A stretch of DNA of 64,000 nucleotides from assembly GCA_965649765.1 (NCBI GenBank), contig OZ287752.1, forward strand, positions 24,986,001 to 25,050,000, given 5' to 3'. The position numbers and the translations under genes were made by a program. Positions 1 to 13,400 of the stretch are shown in pieces (within the stretch, counting starts at the first letter, position 1; each line of letters begins with the position of its first letter). The DNA is from Bispira polyomma (taxonomy: Eukaryota). Under the pieces are notes generated by a model. That model saw only the letters and a list, made by a program, of their open reading frames with translations, was not told the DNA's origin and searched no databases.

Positions 1-440
1 AGGCAACCAGTGCAGCCTTTTTAAAACTGGAGTGATATGGTCAAATTGTTTTAGTATTTGTCACGGGCTGTTGCATTCTGAACACTCTGTAGTTTGTCCA
101 GAGGTCTTTTCCTGTAGCCCATGACATTGGCATAGTCCAATTTTGAAATTACAAGAGCATTCACAATAGTTTTTTGGGCATCTTCAGTTAAACATTGTCT
201 AATTCTATAGATAATCCTGATCCAAATGAAGCAAAGCTTGCAAAGTTTGTTGATATGCTGCTCCATGGTCAAGTTCTCATCAATTATGACCCCAAGCTTT
301 ACAGCTGAAGGACTCGATGGAATTTCTATTCCTACAATAGTGACAGTGTTTTTAATTAAGCACCTCAGATATTTTGCCATGCCATAAGTCAGGAATTCGG
401 GCTTGTCACTGTTAAGCTTTAACAAATTCACATAGAACAA
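1..440 (-). mobile_element. Non-LTR retrotransposon (L2/CR1-group LINE) ORF2 C-terminal fragment
   Basis: Translation LKLNxDKxEFL...LGVIIDENLTMEQHINKLCK...IVNALVISKLDY..LQSVQNA, followed out of frame by HITPVLKRLHWLP. Homologous to the LINE at 28194-28931. Confidence 0.85.
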
Positions 441-1174
441 CTTTTTATAGAACCACCTTAATGTTTTTTATTCTCTAATAATTGATTTTGTAAGTGTTAT
501 AATATGTTTCAGTATATTGGATAAATGTGCTTATCTCCAAGAACAACAATCAGTAAAACCGTAACCTGATATACATGTATAGTTATATTTGGTCATACTA
601 TTAATTATTTTTAATAAACTGGTTTTCTTCAAATAAACATTGAATATCAGCATAAATTTTAAAGTTGGATAACAAATTTCCACTGGGGTTTCTGCTAAAA
701 AAATCATACAACTTATTTTATAGCCAAATTGATGACTATTCAGGTGTGGAATGCGATGTGCAAATAGAAGCAGACTTAAGTCAATCCTAGTGAACACAAA
801 ATTCAAATTTATTGTATGTTGCTTTAGTTTTACAAGGCAGTGGTATTGATGAAAAAGGTTAAAAAAAGTGGCTTAAATTGTGGTTGAAAATTGGCACAGA
901 AAATGTTTCTCACTGAAATGTTTACTGGTGTCTGATTGTCCGATAGTGTGTCTCTGTACATTACTAAAACTTGTGTGTGTAAAATGATCAACTCCAAATG
1001 TATTCTGTACAATAGTTAATGTGTTATAAATATTTTTCATCAATCAATTCTTAGCTGTGGCTTCTCTCTGTTTCTGTTGGACTGATACTATATTGCATAC
1101 AATCCAGAGTATTTGGTCCATTCTTTATAGTTATTCTATCATAATTCACAGAAATGTTTACTTTTCTATTACAG

Positions 1175-1497
1175 TTACCCTGGCACAAGATGAGACAGTG
1201 TATACCAAGATTTCTACGTCAGTAAGGCTAGCCTGTCCTTCATCTTCAACCCCTTCTCAAGTGTCATGGTTTAAAAAAGAAGATCAAACCAACCTGGATA
1301 ATAGGATTGTGTTGCATCTTCCAAATAGTAATGATGTCTTCCAAGGCACTGCATATGATGGACAAAAACATGAATACAGTGATGTTGACTACTCCCTGAC
1401 TCTGAAGAACACTACACCGATGAGATGAAGTATACCTGTTTTGTGTCACTTCCTGATGCTGGAACTACTACTACAGTCATTCAACTAATAGTATTAG
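1175..1497 (+). CDS. Gene A exon: V-type Ig domain (frameshifted near 1417)
   Basis: VRLAC...VSWFK...YSLTLKNTT in one frame, DEMKYTCFV...IQLIVL in another; acceptor ttacag, donor Ggtaa. Confidence 0.8.
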
Positions 1498-4400
1498 GTA
1501 ACACTTATTATGTTTGCATTTATTAGTTAAATGTTTTGTTACAAAGAAAGGTATGCCAGACCATTTTTTTCTTTAAATTGCAATGATTGGTACTAAAATT
1601 ATATGTACAATTTGGATGCTTTCCATTTCTAACCTACATTTGGTGTTTTCAATATTTATTGTTTCATGACTGTCGTGTACCTAGCTAAGTTCAAATCACA
1701 AAGTTAAATACTTTAAAGTAACATTACAAAGTAAAAAGCCAAATGTAGTTATATGTGATGAACAGCAATGGTTTATTATTCTGTAAATATACATATATTT
1801 CAAACTTTAAAATTGGTAACTATTTTCTCAATAAACAACAGTAGAATTTCTCTAAACATTTTTCTAGTAATCAGTAAATTATTATAATATTTATTGATTA
1901 TACATCATGAAATATATTCCACGTATTTTGAAGAATCAGTTTTATGAACATTTTAATCATGTTTTCATTATTTTATACTAACTACATTTGGTAGAATTAA
2001 AGATTGACTTGTTTCCTGAATATAATGTTTAAAAGATAAATGTTTGTCTAATAGTAGTTCTAATCCTAACAAATCACAGTTCCGTGTCCATAAACTACAA
2101 AAGAGTATCAGTGCCATAGTAGTGGTGTCATAATATTGGTATATTGGTTGTGTTGGCGAAAAATACGGTAGTGTTGGCCAAAAAAGCAGCTGTGTTGGTA
2201 AAAAAACAGTAGTGTTGGCAAGAAGAAACACAAGTGCTGGTGAAAAAATGAAAGAACAGTAGTGTTGGTGAACTTTTTTAGTGGTGGTGCTGATTTTTTA
2301 GTAGCATTGCCAAACTTTTTCACTAGTGTTGGCGAAAAAAAGAAAGACAAAAAGTGTGTAAACTTATTCAATAAATACTACCAATTTAAAGTCAATATTT
2401 TAGGTTCCAAGTAAATATTTTGAGTTAGAATTCACCAACACTACAATATAAAGTCAATGTTTTGGATACAAAGTCAAAATATTCAGTTAAAAACGCCAAC
2501 ACTACACGGGCGTTTATAATAAAGGCGACTGGAGATAACTGTCATATCAGTGGTCTTGTTAGACAAAATAATTTTGATATATGACAACATAACCTAATGT
2601 TATCATAGTATTATAGTAACATCTATAATATAATTAAACTGTCAACAGGATGTCCAGATGTTTAACCACAAGTAATTTGTTTAATCTAACAAAATAAGGA
2701 TGGATACATTGAAATACGCTTCGTTACACCGCCGCCGCGTCTGTGTGTGTAAAGATTTTACCATTACCACTCGGAAAACTTTTACACCAAGGCTCCTGAA
2801 ATTTACAGAAAATCTTCTTTATTAAAAAAGCTTACCTAGAGTAATTTTTGCCTTATTTTGAAAAACAAGATGGTCGCCATGGGCGTTTATTTGAAAATAA
2901 TTAGCCTTTTAACTGTGTCTGTTTCTCAGCTGTAGAAGGTTTAATCTCTTTACGAGTGATATGTTTAACAGATTTATATGTCCTGTATAAGCATGCAGAT
3001 ATTTTACCTTGAATCTTCTTATTCAAGGTCATCGACAGAGTGCCAAAGTACCCCAAGTGACCTATTTTGACCAAACTTAAAAGTGCCTATATCTCGCCTT
3101 TATTCATATTGTTCCTAGAGGTTCGGAATCTGGAGCCAATCTATAGGAATTCATGACCAGTGAATCATTTGATGCCCTCAGATTTGACCTTGGGCCTCTT
3201 GTTCAAGGTAAAATGTGGATGGCCAAACTTAATAGTGCCTTTATCCCATTTATTATTGGTGCCAGAGGCTAGGAGTGCCAAACCAACCTATAGAAAATCA
3301 TGGGTTGGGAATCTTTTGATGTGATCATATTTGACCTTGCGCCCCTCGTTCAAGGTCGAATGCGGATGGGTAAACTTAAAATCTCGCTTATTATTGGTCA
3401 TAGAGCTTTGGGATGTGAAACCAACCTACAGGTCGAATTTGACCTTGGACCCCTCGTCCAAGGACAAATGGGTAGGCCAAACTTAAAAGAGGCTATCTTA
3501 CACTTATTATTGGTCCCACAGGTTTGCAATGTGAAACCAACTTGTGTCATTTAAGGCTTTAGCATAAATGCCCTATAGGAAATCATAGGCTTGGGTGCTA
3601 GCTAGGGTACTTGCTACCCTGGGTGCTTGGTTTTTCTGGTGGATCCAAATATGCATCGGTTCAGCGATGCGCTAGGTCTAGTTGATTAATTGCAATGCAG
3701 CTCAATAGAAACTATGTGTAAACATATGTATGGTGGCCATTTTGATTTTGTATGTTTAAATCTAAATTTTCCAATTAAGTTAATCTATAAGTCGGTGGGT
3801 GAAGGCTGTTTATTCAAGTTTAGGTGAAATAAAATACAATCAATATTGGGTGTTTACTACACAGTTCTGTGTATGATAAACTAGATAAATTTGAGGAATC
3901 GAATCCACATCCAGCAATCCTCATAATATCTCTGATCTGTTTGTGCATTTTTGTGTGGCATTAGAACTGTGGTTTTCAAGTTGGCCTGGTAATAAGAATG
4001 TGCCTGGCTGAACTCCTACTTAGTTTAGTTCAACTGGTGATTGGAAGGTCCCTTGTTCGACTCGTACTAATGCTACTACGTTCATTGGTGGGATCCAAAG
4101 ATATAAATACACCATTGCCTACTGGTGACAAGCCAGGCTATCTTGTAGGCCTATTCCTTTTAAAGAATGTGTGCCTGATATATCAATAGAGCGTGGCTTA
4201 GAGAATGTAGTGTTTTAAAGAATGTTTCAATAATAATAATAATTTGTCTGTCATGTATATCTCTCTTCTTGCGTATCATTGTTAGCTTTTCTGTATTTAT
4301 CACCGGAATATCATAATTGATATACATGTTTAAGATCCTTAAGTAATATGTTTTCAACTTTTACAAATATTTGGTACATGACAGACTATTTCTGTTGTTA

Positions 4401-7400
4401 CAATTTTAATACATTTGATGTTTTTCTAAACATTGCATTGCATGATATAAATTCAATCAGACCTGTATATCAGGTAAAATATTGATAGAACGAAATGTTT
4501 GTTATTGTAGTTGCTCCATCACAACCAGTCTTTACTCATATCAATTTCCAAGAGACCACTCCTACTTCCACACAGTGCAGAGTGTCTTCAGTAAAGCCAG
4601 GTGTGGGCAGTGTAGTGTTTACAGTGACTGTAGATCCAGACTTCAGTGTACAGAGTTCAGACAGTGGTTTATCAGAGGGGTCAGCATATCCTACAACAGG
4701 AGCTGTATCAGTCACTTACTCACCACATATCTCACTACAAAGAAAACACAATGGACAGCAGGCTGTGTGTAAGGTGGTCTGGATGGGAGGGGAGAAAACT
4801 GTGACATCAGAGGGGAAAATTGTGAATGTGAAATGTAAGTATAGAAGTGTAAAAACACAATAGGCAGTTGGCTCTGTGTGAGATGTAAGTATAGTACATG
4901 TATATTAACACAATAGAGGGGATGTGTGTTAGGTGTATGTATAACACAATGGACAGGCTGTGTGTGAGTTTAATGGTAATCACCACTTTTGGTTGTTTAC
5001 AGGTTTTTTTTAATAAACACAGTTTAGTATAAAATATGTTATTAATCAAATTTGGAAAACATTAATGGTGGACAATACAATTAGTGGAATAAAACAAATT
5101 GCAATAGGTGTGTATTTAACACAATGTAACATTGATACACTATTCTAGTTTCAGCGACCACTATCACTATGACTCAGTCACCTAGTGGTTTAGTCCCAGA
5201 GAACACACCAATAACCTTTAGCTGTATGACTGATGAAGCCTATCCTACAGCTACTGTGACATGGACTGTAGATGGTAGTAGTAGGACTTCTACCAGTGAC
5301 TCTACTGTAGATGATGGTGTTTACAGTGCAGTGAAGAGACAGAGTGTATTGACACTGACAGCAGAGAAGGGATTACATCATAAAAAAGTCAAATGTGTGG
5401 TCAGTGAGAATGCAGGAGTGAGTGCTGAAAAAACATTAAACATAGCTTGTAAGTACAGTGGACATTGATTTTAACATACTTTTGTGATTGCATTCTACTG
5501 AATATACCAGTAATTGTAAAATATGATGTTGTAGTATCAGATATAAAGTCTGGTCTTATGAAAGTGCTTATCAGCATATCATAATGCTTGTATCAGCATT
5601 TTTGAGGGTTAAATCTTCCATTCAGCAAGGACCTCAATTTAGTGAAATGAATTTTTCATTCTATCACACTTGCAACTTGTTAGGTTAATATTTTTTTTCA
5701 GATGTTGGCACAATGAACGATTTCACTTTCACATTATCACCTGACAGCAGTAATCCAGTGCCAGTGGGAACCTCTGTGACTTTTACATGTTCATTAGATG
5801 CCAACCCACCACCAAGTTACTCTATTTGGACAAATAATGGACAATCACAGAAGTGGGTAGACTTCGATACAAACAAGAACAGTGTCATATTGTCACTGCA
5901 GAAACAACATAACAAAGTCATACTGTTCTGTAGAGCTAATGGATCTCTTACTGCTTACCCTGTGAGTTCAGTAAGAAAGTCATATACAGTTGAATGTAAG
6001 TTACAATGTTTTATAGCGAGTGTTGCACTGGTGTACTATTTTATATTAAAAAAGAAACGTATATCATGGAAGTTTAAGTACTATTAACTGATTGAGTAGT
6101 TAAGCTCATTATGTACAAAATATAAACTTAAATTTAAGTACAAATGTTTTTTGTTTATTGGTGGGTGTTGCCCTTTTTGAAGATTGCTCGCGTCAAGTGC
6201 ATATAAATACATGCAATACAATCTTTAATTTGTAAGGAGATACATATAATTTTATAACAGAGAGTTTAAGATTCCTGTACATGATGTTGTGTGTCAAAGG
6301 TGGTTTTTTTATGTAATTTTAATATTTTTCTTGCACTGTATAACACTTGTAGCAACATGTAAATATGTCACAGATGAAACAGTTGATTTATGACTTGGAT
6401 CACTTCGGGTAACATTTTATGCTAAACTTTTAATGAATAATTAAATAAAGTCTAGCAGTCGATGTGATAGTATAATATCTTGTAACTATACTGTATGTAT
6501 AAATATTGTGTGACATATTGCATGGACATTGTAAAAAGGGAGTTGTAAATTTTTAGAATCTCCAGATGTATCTAGGTGAGTGGTTTAAGTATATTGAATT
6601 GAATCCGTGCATTATAGCTAGCGTCAGGTGTCAGTTTTCCCAGGCTGATCTATTAACAGAATGCACATTAAGCCTCCACTGGTGCCAAACTTTCCCGCCA
6701 AAAGTTGTTTACCAGTGCAAGGAAATACCCACAAACCCCATTCTAAAATAATTGTTGGAGAGACAAGGGAAAAATACGAACGTTAGAATAAACTTAACTA
6801 CGTATTTTTTATGGATCATTTACATATATTTTAGTGGTCTTTTTTATACAACTGTGTCCTTAATCTGTTGGATATGCACGGATCATAGTGAGAGCTACAA
6901 ATCACTCAATGTGGGCCCAAAACACAACACCAGTAGTCAAACAAGAGAAAGATGTTATAAATGCAGATCACTCCATCAGGTACCCGTTAGTAACTTATGT
7001 CGAACAAAAGACATGGCCAACAACTCATTATCTTCTTCTGGTGCTGATTCGCCAACGCCGTGAGATGATCCTGGCATGTCCAGTCTACAGCCAGAGGCTC
7101 TTATACAGCAACTGACACATAACTCCAAAGCAGAAGCTCAAGGCAAGGACTCTCTAGTGCACGTGGACGCACGACCAAAGACTGGTGAGAAGTGTCCTAT
7201 GTCCTAATATGAAGTAATCAATACTTGAGCCTTACTTCTCTAATTATAGACATGACTCTTTGCTGCCTCTCCCTCATTGCATAGGCAGACTCTCATTGGC
7301 TGGAGAGCAGCCACTAAGCTTCCTTAATTATAATAATTGGATCTACCTCTATATAAACCCACCCAGACAGGAGTGCGGTCTCTCACTGGCTCTCTCTCTC

Positions 7401-10400
7401 TCTCCGGCTCTGTTCAGCTCTGCTAGCCCTCCTGGGCTAAAGCCTCCCAGAGGCAGAGAACACTATGTGTTGTGTATGTTGAATGTTGTTATTAGAATAA
7501 AAGAAATAGAGATGCAAACACAGTGTTTCCATTCAAGACTCTTACGAGCCTGAACTTATACCTATGCTCTACGCTACCCCCCAGTTCAGGTTACGACAGA
7601 AGGCAGCAATAAAAAAACATGTGGGGAATGCAGAGATCATGGCCAAGTTGGATTGAGCTCTGGACAGAGTTAATCGGCTGGAGGACAAGGTCAACAAACA
7701 GGACCACAGACACGATAGTGACTTCTCTATCTTCACAGGATCTTCAGCCCACAGCTCACAAGACAACACACGAACGCCGGGATGTTGCACGTCATGCAAG
7801 ATACCCAACTAAATTACCTACCATGTACTATCTCCATGCAGACTCAAGCATACAGGATGAAGTAGACAAAAGACTGAGGCAATATTAGAATGTTTCACGC
7901 GAGGACATTACAGGTATTCTTATCAATTAAAAAGCTATTAAATCGGGCAGACATCGAGAAGGGGACCAAAAAGTTAAGGTGGCAGTGCCGTGGCCACATG
8001 AGCATTGTATGCTTAATGAGCCGATGAAAATTCTCACATACACAGATCTGACATTATGTCAATGGGTACAAGGCTATTCGTGGTGTGTACTCCAGGAGAC
8101 TGATCAGAATGTGCGAAAAAAACATGCTCCAATATCAGTACCTGCTAATGCAGGACGCTATAGATTTGTCTTGACCAATCACAAAACAGGCGCACGCAGC
8201 CGTCCTATGTGAAATAGAGAGGGGTAATGTTAGCTGTGAGGACCTGGGGGAAATCGACAGAATCCGTCAGCGTTTTACACAAAGAATAATATAAGGCTTA
8301 AGTGCCCAACCAAAGAACAAAATCAACAGAACAAGGCAATTAGCTAAGCCTTAGGGTTAGGGTCACCTTAAAACCAATATAGTGACGTACACTTACCTTG
8401 GTGACCTCAACTTAAGGTAGTCCTAGTGTTAACGTATCAGGTTACCTTAAAGCCACAGTATGGTGGCTAGCCACGTGTTAATGTCACCTTATCTTAGTTA
8501 GAGTATTATATTATTAACATAGATACATATATATATATAGAAGTATGTGTATTTAATAAAATAGCCCAAATATGTACAAATTCGTTATCTCTTCTGTGTT
8601 ACCTCTCTAAAATACCTGGCCGGTAATCTTGGGTAATCTTGATCACTTACCTGAGCAGCCTGGGAAAACTTCACAAGCATTTATTACAATAATACTCTTT
8701 ATGTAAATATATTCAGTCATATAAATGTTTATAGGTAAGATCCATCCATATCTCATTCTCACTCTTAAATGCTCATACTTTTTGCAATTAAGCATAAAAC
8801 ATCACATCAATTGTCAAAATCTGGCCTTGAATATCTGTCTTATACAGATACCACAAGGCGCTGTATGACAGTTTCATGGGCCACACAAGTTGATTGAAAG
8901 GCAGAACTTTTTCAACACATTAGGAGTTTTATTACTAAAACATTTATTAGTTTACATTTAGTTAGCATTGTTAAAACACCCAGTTAGTGAATACTACACT
9001 ACCCTATCTACATATGTACATGGGTAGTCAGTACTTAACAGTATTTGTTGCTATGCTGTGTGATCAACGTGATTTAATAATAGTAATCATGTTTGGCATG
9101 ATATCGTTAACATACGGCTTACAAGTCTAGGACTTTTGTTGTACTACTTGGCTCACAACCATACTGTGTTAGCTATATACCTCAAATTAATTGAAATTGA
9201 ATACCATGAAAGTACCAAGTTAACTTTGATATCACTAATATTTCAATATTATGTGCATATACTAAGGGGGGGGGGGCATTGGGTGGAAACTTGTAACACA
9301 CGTGAGGCAGGAATTTCTGATAACTGATTTCTTTTGTAAAGAACCTCAGCCTTTACAGACAACTATCCCAGATATTTTTTCTCAAAGCCATGTGGCCGAC
9401 TTTAAAAAGTTTTAGACAGTTCACCTGCTAGACAGTATACCCACTGTAGAATAATTATCCCTCGAGTTCTTTTGATTTGGGTTAAAAAACAGAAGCCATC
9501 ATGTGCTTCTGGTAATTGCTCTGCCCCCAGACAGTGCACCTAGTTTTTCCAAAGTTTCAATTTGGTTGAACTTCACTGGTTATATCATGTGATTCTATTC
9601 TTGGTTTGACATTTTAACCCTTTTAATGCCATATACTAAATACAACCTTTACATTGTTAATACACAAGTTTAACTCAAAATTGGTAACAAATTTTAAAAA
9701 ACATTACCAAAATTATTACATGTATTCATCAAATATGAGCTTACCATTGACAAAGTGTCATGGTAATTTGCTAATTTATTTTATGTATAAATATACTAAA
9801 ACTAGTGAACCATATATGAAAGCTTAAACAGTAATATAAATAATTACTAAAGTTACTTAGTCTTGTCATTCTACCGATGTTCTTTAGAAATACAGAGATA
9901 AATTAGTGAAACAAAGGTCAGCTATTCAGAAGTAGGTTAATATGTACACTTAATCGTTTTTAACTTTCTGATAATTCACATTGTCAAGTTTGGTACTTTA
10001 CTAATTACATGAAATAAAGTTTTTCTTATACATGTTCTTAAAGTCAACATGATGTAAATGAATGTACTGTTCAACAGTATACATTTCTCCCTAACAACAT
10101 ATCGGATATATGTCATACTGTTTTTTTAATGGCTCTGTGAATGCGCTATATATTATGTATACAGGGCTAATTCCCCTGGATAGTTCAGCTTGTGGTGCTT
10201 GCTACTCAGCAGTTCCACCATATAATATGGGTAATCTACCAATGCATGGTAAAGTCAAGAAACGGCATGTGGAAATAAATTAGTTAGCTTAGTGATTTAT
10301 TCTATATTGATAAACTGCTACTTGAAGGTTTACAAGACGATGTATGTATTGCTGCTTTTCATCTTGCCGTTATATGGTTATTTTGTCTTATCAGTTTCAG

Positions 10401-13400
10401 CTTCCACTATTACCATGACCCAGTCTGGCTTTGGTGCAGTCTCTGAGAACACACAAGTGACCTTCACCTGTGTGACTGATGAGGCTGAACCTACTGCTGA
10501 TGTGGTGTGGACTGTAGGAGGGAACAGTGTCAGTTCTACTGGTGACACAACAGAGGATGGGATGTATAATACAGAGAGGATGATAAGTGTCTTAGAGCTG
10601 AGAGTGGACAGAACACTGAACAACAAGGAGGTGGTGTGTTATGTTAATGGAAAGTCAAAAGTGAGAGATACAGTAACAATAGATGTTAGATGTAAGTAAT
10701 AAATTAAGGTGTTTTTGGAATGTTAGTTGGAAGTCAGTAGTAAGGGGTACAGTGACACTGGATGTTAGATGAAAGAAATAGATAAAGGTGAAGTGTTATG
10801 TCAGTGGAAAAGAAAGTCAGTTGTGAAAGATATTGTAATACTGATATGTTAGGGAGAAGTTAGCAGTGAGAGATATAGTAATCCTGTGTGAAGATCAAGG
10901 GCGATCAAAGGACCAACTTACGGCGGAATAATGGACGAGGGCCGATAGTTTGTGCATTAATTAGTTTACTATAACAATATTTAAACAACCCCCAACTATA
11001 CATATAGTCCAGACACCAATTATTATGACGTCACAATGCAAATAAATGCCAATAAGGAGTTGTTACCATAAGAATTAACTTGAAATTGGTAATTATAAAA
11101 AACTAAAAATCGAGTTGAATTTAACATTCTGTTCTTTAAGGTTGATATTTTGTGTTAACCACACTATTTATAAACATTCTATCGGAAATATTCAATAAAA
11201 ATGACAAATGCTGAAAATTACCGTAACTAGCATAGATTTCATATGCATTTTCACGGGCGCCAGTTCATACAAAAACTATTTTGTAAATATGTTACTTTAT
11301 ATTCAAATGTCGTCTCCTGTGGCCTTCTAGTTAGGCAGTTAGTATTGGGAGATAACATTCTCAGATACAATGTGAACATGCCATTGTCCATTGATGATGT
11401 ACAGTCCAGATAAGGTCAGGGCCCATGACACCAGAAGAACAAGAGGGTTGCCAATCATTAAATTTATTCTAATCATCACCAAATATAGTATATGTATACA
11501 TGATAATATGTAACAGTCAAATCAAACCATGAAAATTATAATTACCACACCATTTTCTAGATAATTACCCCTTAGGTAAATTGTGATAGAAGAAGTACAC
11601 CTGACACCAACCAAACATTATTACCGGAACAAGTAATGTCAAGAGCTAATTACGATGCTATGACTTAAGATACACAGACTGTTGCCCAATGTCTCAACCA
11701 GATTTATAATACAAAGTATTAAGTATTTCATAATTTATAAAATTATAATATTGTATGTCTATATTGATACTACATATAATATAGTTAAACTTTCAGCTAC
11801 TCAAACTCCATACATGATTACGATTACGAATATAACATACATGTTCATTAATTGTTTTATTTTATTGTTTTAGTTTCACATGATGTTGCAGTCCAGATCA
11901 GTCCCTCAGATTCTGTTTTAGAAGGCTCTAGTCTGACCTTGACCTGTAAAGCTACAGGAGGTAACCCGACTAATGTGTTGTTTTATAGCTGGAGTTTTGT
12001 ACCTCGGTATAAAGAGAGCAGTGAGCTGAGTAGTGACACAGACAGAGAGTTACAGTTTGACAGTGTAGAGTACAGACAGGCTGGAGTGTACAGATGTGAG
12101 GTGACTAATGAGGGAGGTGTAAACAGTGGGAGTAAAGAAGTACTTGTACAATGTGAGTAATCTAACCTAGCATTATAATAGTAAATAGTTTGGCACTGAA
12201 GAGGCTGAAGTGTACATTGTGTAACAGTTATAAGGTTAGTAATAGAACACAAATAATTTATTTTAATGGTGAATTAGAGGGGGGCTAGACAATAAGTAAT
12301 TAATATAGGTGAAACCATTAGGCAAATGATTTAGGCAATGCAATAAGCGCTCTCTTGGTGTTTGTATTGTGTAAACTTAAAACCGTAATAGTTTGATTTC
12401 TAGATATTTGGAACAACTATGAATCAAGTTTTAATGACTAATATCTTGAACAGACAAAATGTTTTTGTCATATGTGTTTACATATTTAAAAAAAAATAGC
12501 AAATATATAAAAAAATTATGACCAGTGATCTTTTTGTAACTTATTGTACCTAAACAAAGAAATCAAAGAATAATGACGCCAATGTGATGTATGTTGCATG
12601 CAACTGAGTTTGATGAGGCATTAGGCATAGGTCATCTGTGAGATATGATTGGAGCAAATTCTGGAACATATATATTGGTTTAGATAAAGGGTTTGAGTTA
12701 ACAATGTATTGTATTTGAAATGAAATTTCTTTATTCTTTTCATTGTTTCAGTTTCCCCAGGAGATGTCAGTACAGCTATACAGAAGATTACAAATACAGA
12801 AGTAAATAGAAAGGCATTACTAAATTGCACAGTGAGGGCTTACCCAGTAGTGATTACTGATCACGTGGATGTCATTTTTAAAGGGGCTGAAATACCTGCT
12901 AACAGGATACAGGTGAAACTAGTGGAGGACAAAGTAGATGAGACTCTTATAGAACTGACATTTGACCCTGTAACATCTCAGAACTTTGGTTTGTATCAAG
13001 TTGTACTGAATAATGGTGTAGGAGATGACGTATTGATTGAACTAAACTTGATTGAACGAGGTGAGTAATCATAGTGTTTCAACTTTCTTGGTTGTTAATA
13101 ATTATTATAACACTTTACTCTGTATGAGCTATCAGATGAATTAAGTATACTTTGATGATTGTGGCATAGAATCAGGGATTAGACCGAATACAAACACCTG
13201 AATGTTTTATTTTCAGTTGTTTTACAAAAATCTGAACAACAACGCTAAAATTCAATCGTCTATTACAAATTACAAATATTATTTGGCTCATGTAGATCTG
13301 CAGAGACTTTTGTGTCATTGCCGAGTTATAAACTCGATATATCCCAGACTAAATCTTATTATAATTACAATGCTTGTTTAATTCAGCTATAGATACTCCT

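Noticed and set aside
1057-1174. 5' part of ORF 1057-1428 as the gene A signal peptide
   Set aside because: It starts at GTG and runs through a polypyrimidine tract and acceptor at 1174. It is intronic read-through; the true signal exon was not found and may lie upstream of the window.
10378-12830. Minus-strand ORFs overlapping Ig exons (e.g. 10378-10626, 11983-12252, 12621-12830, and similar ones in gene B)
   Set aside because: Antisense shadows of real plus-strand exons, with no independent coding signal.
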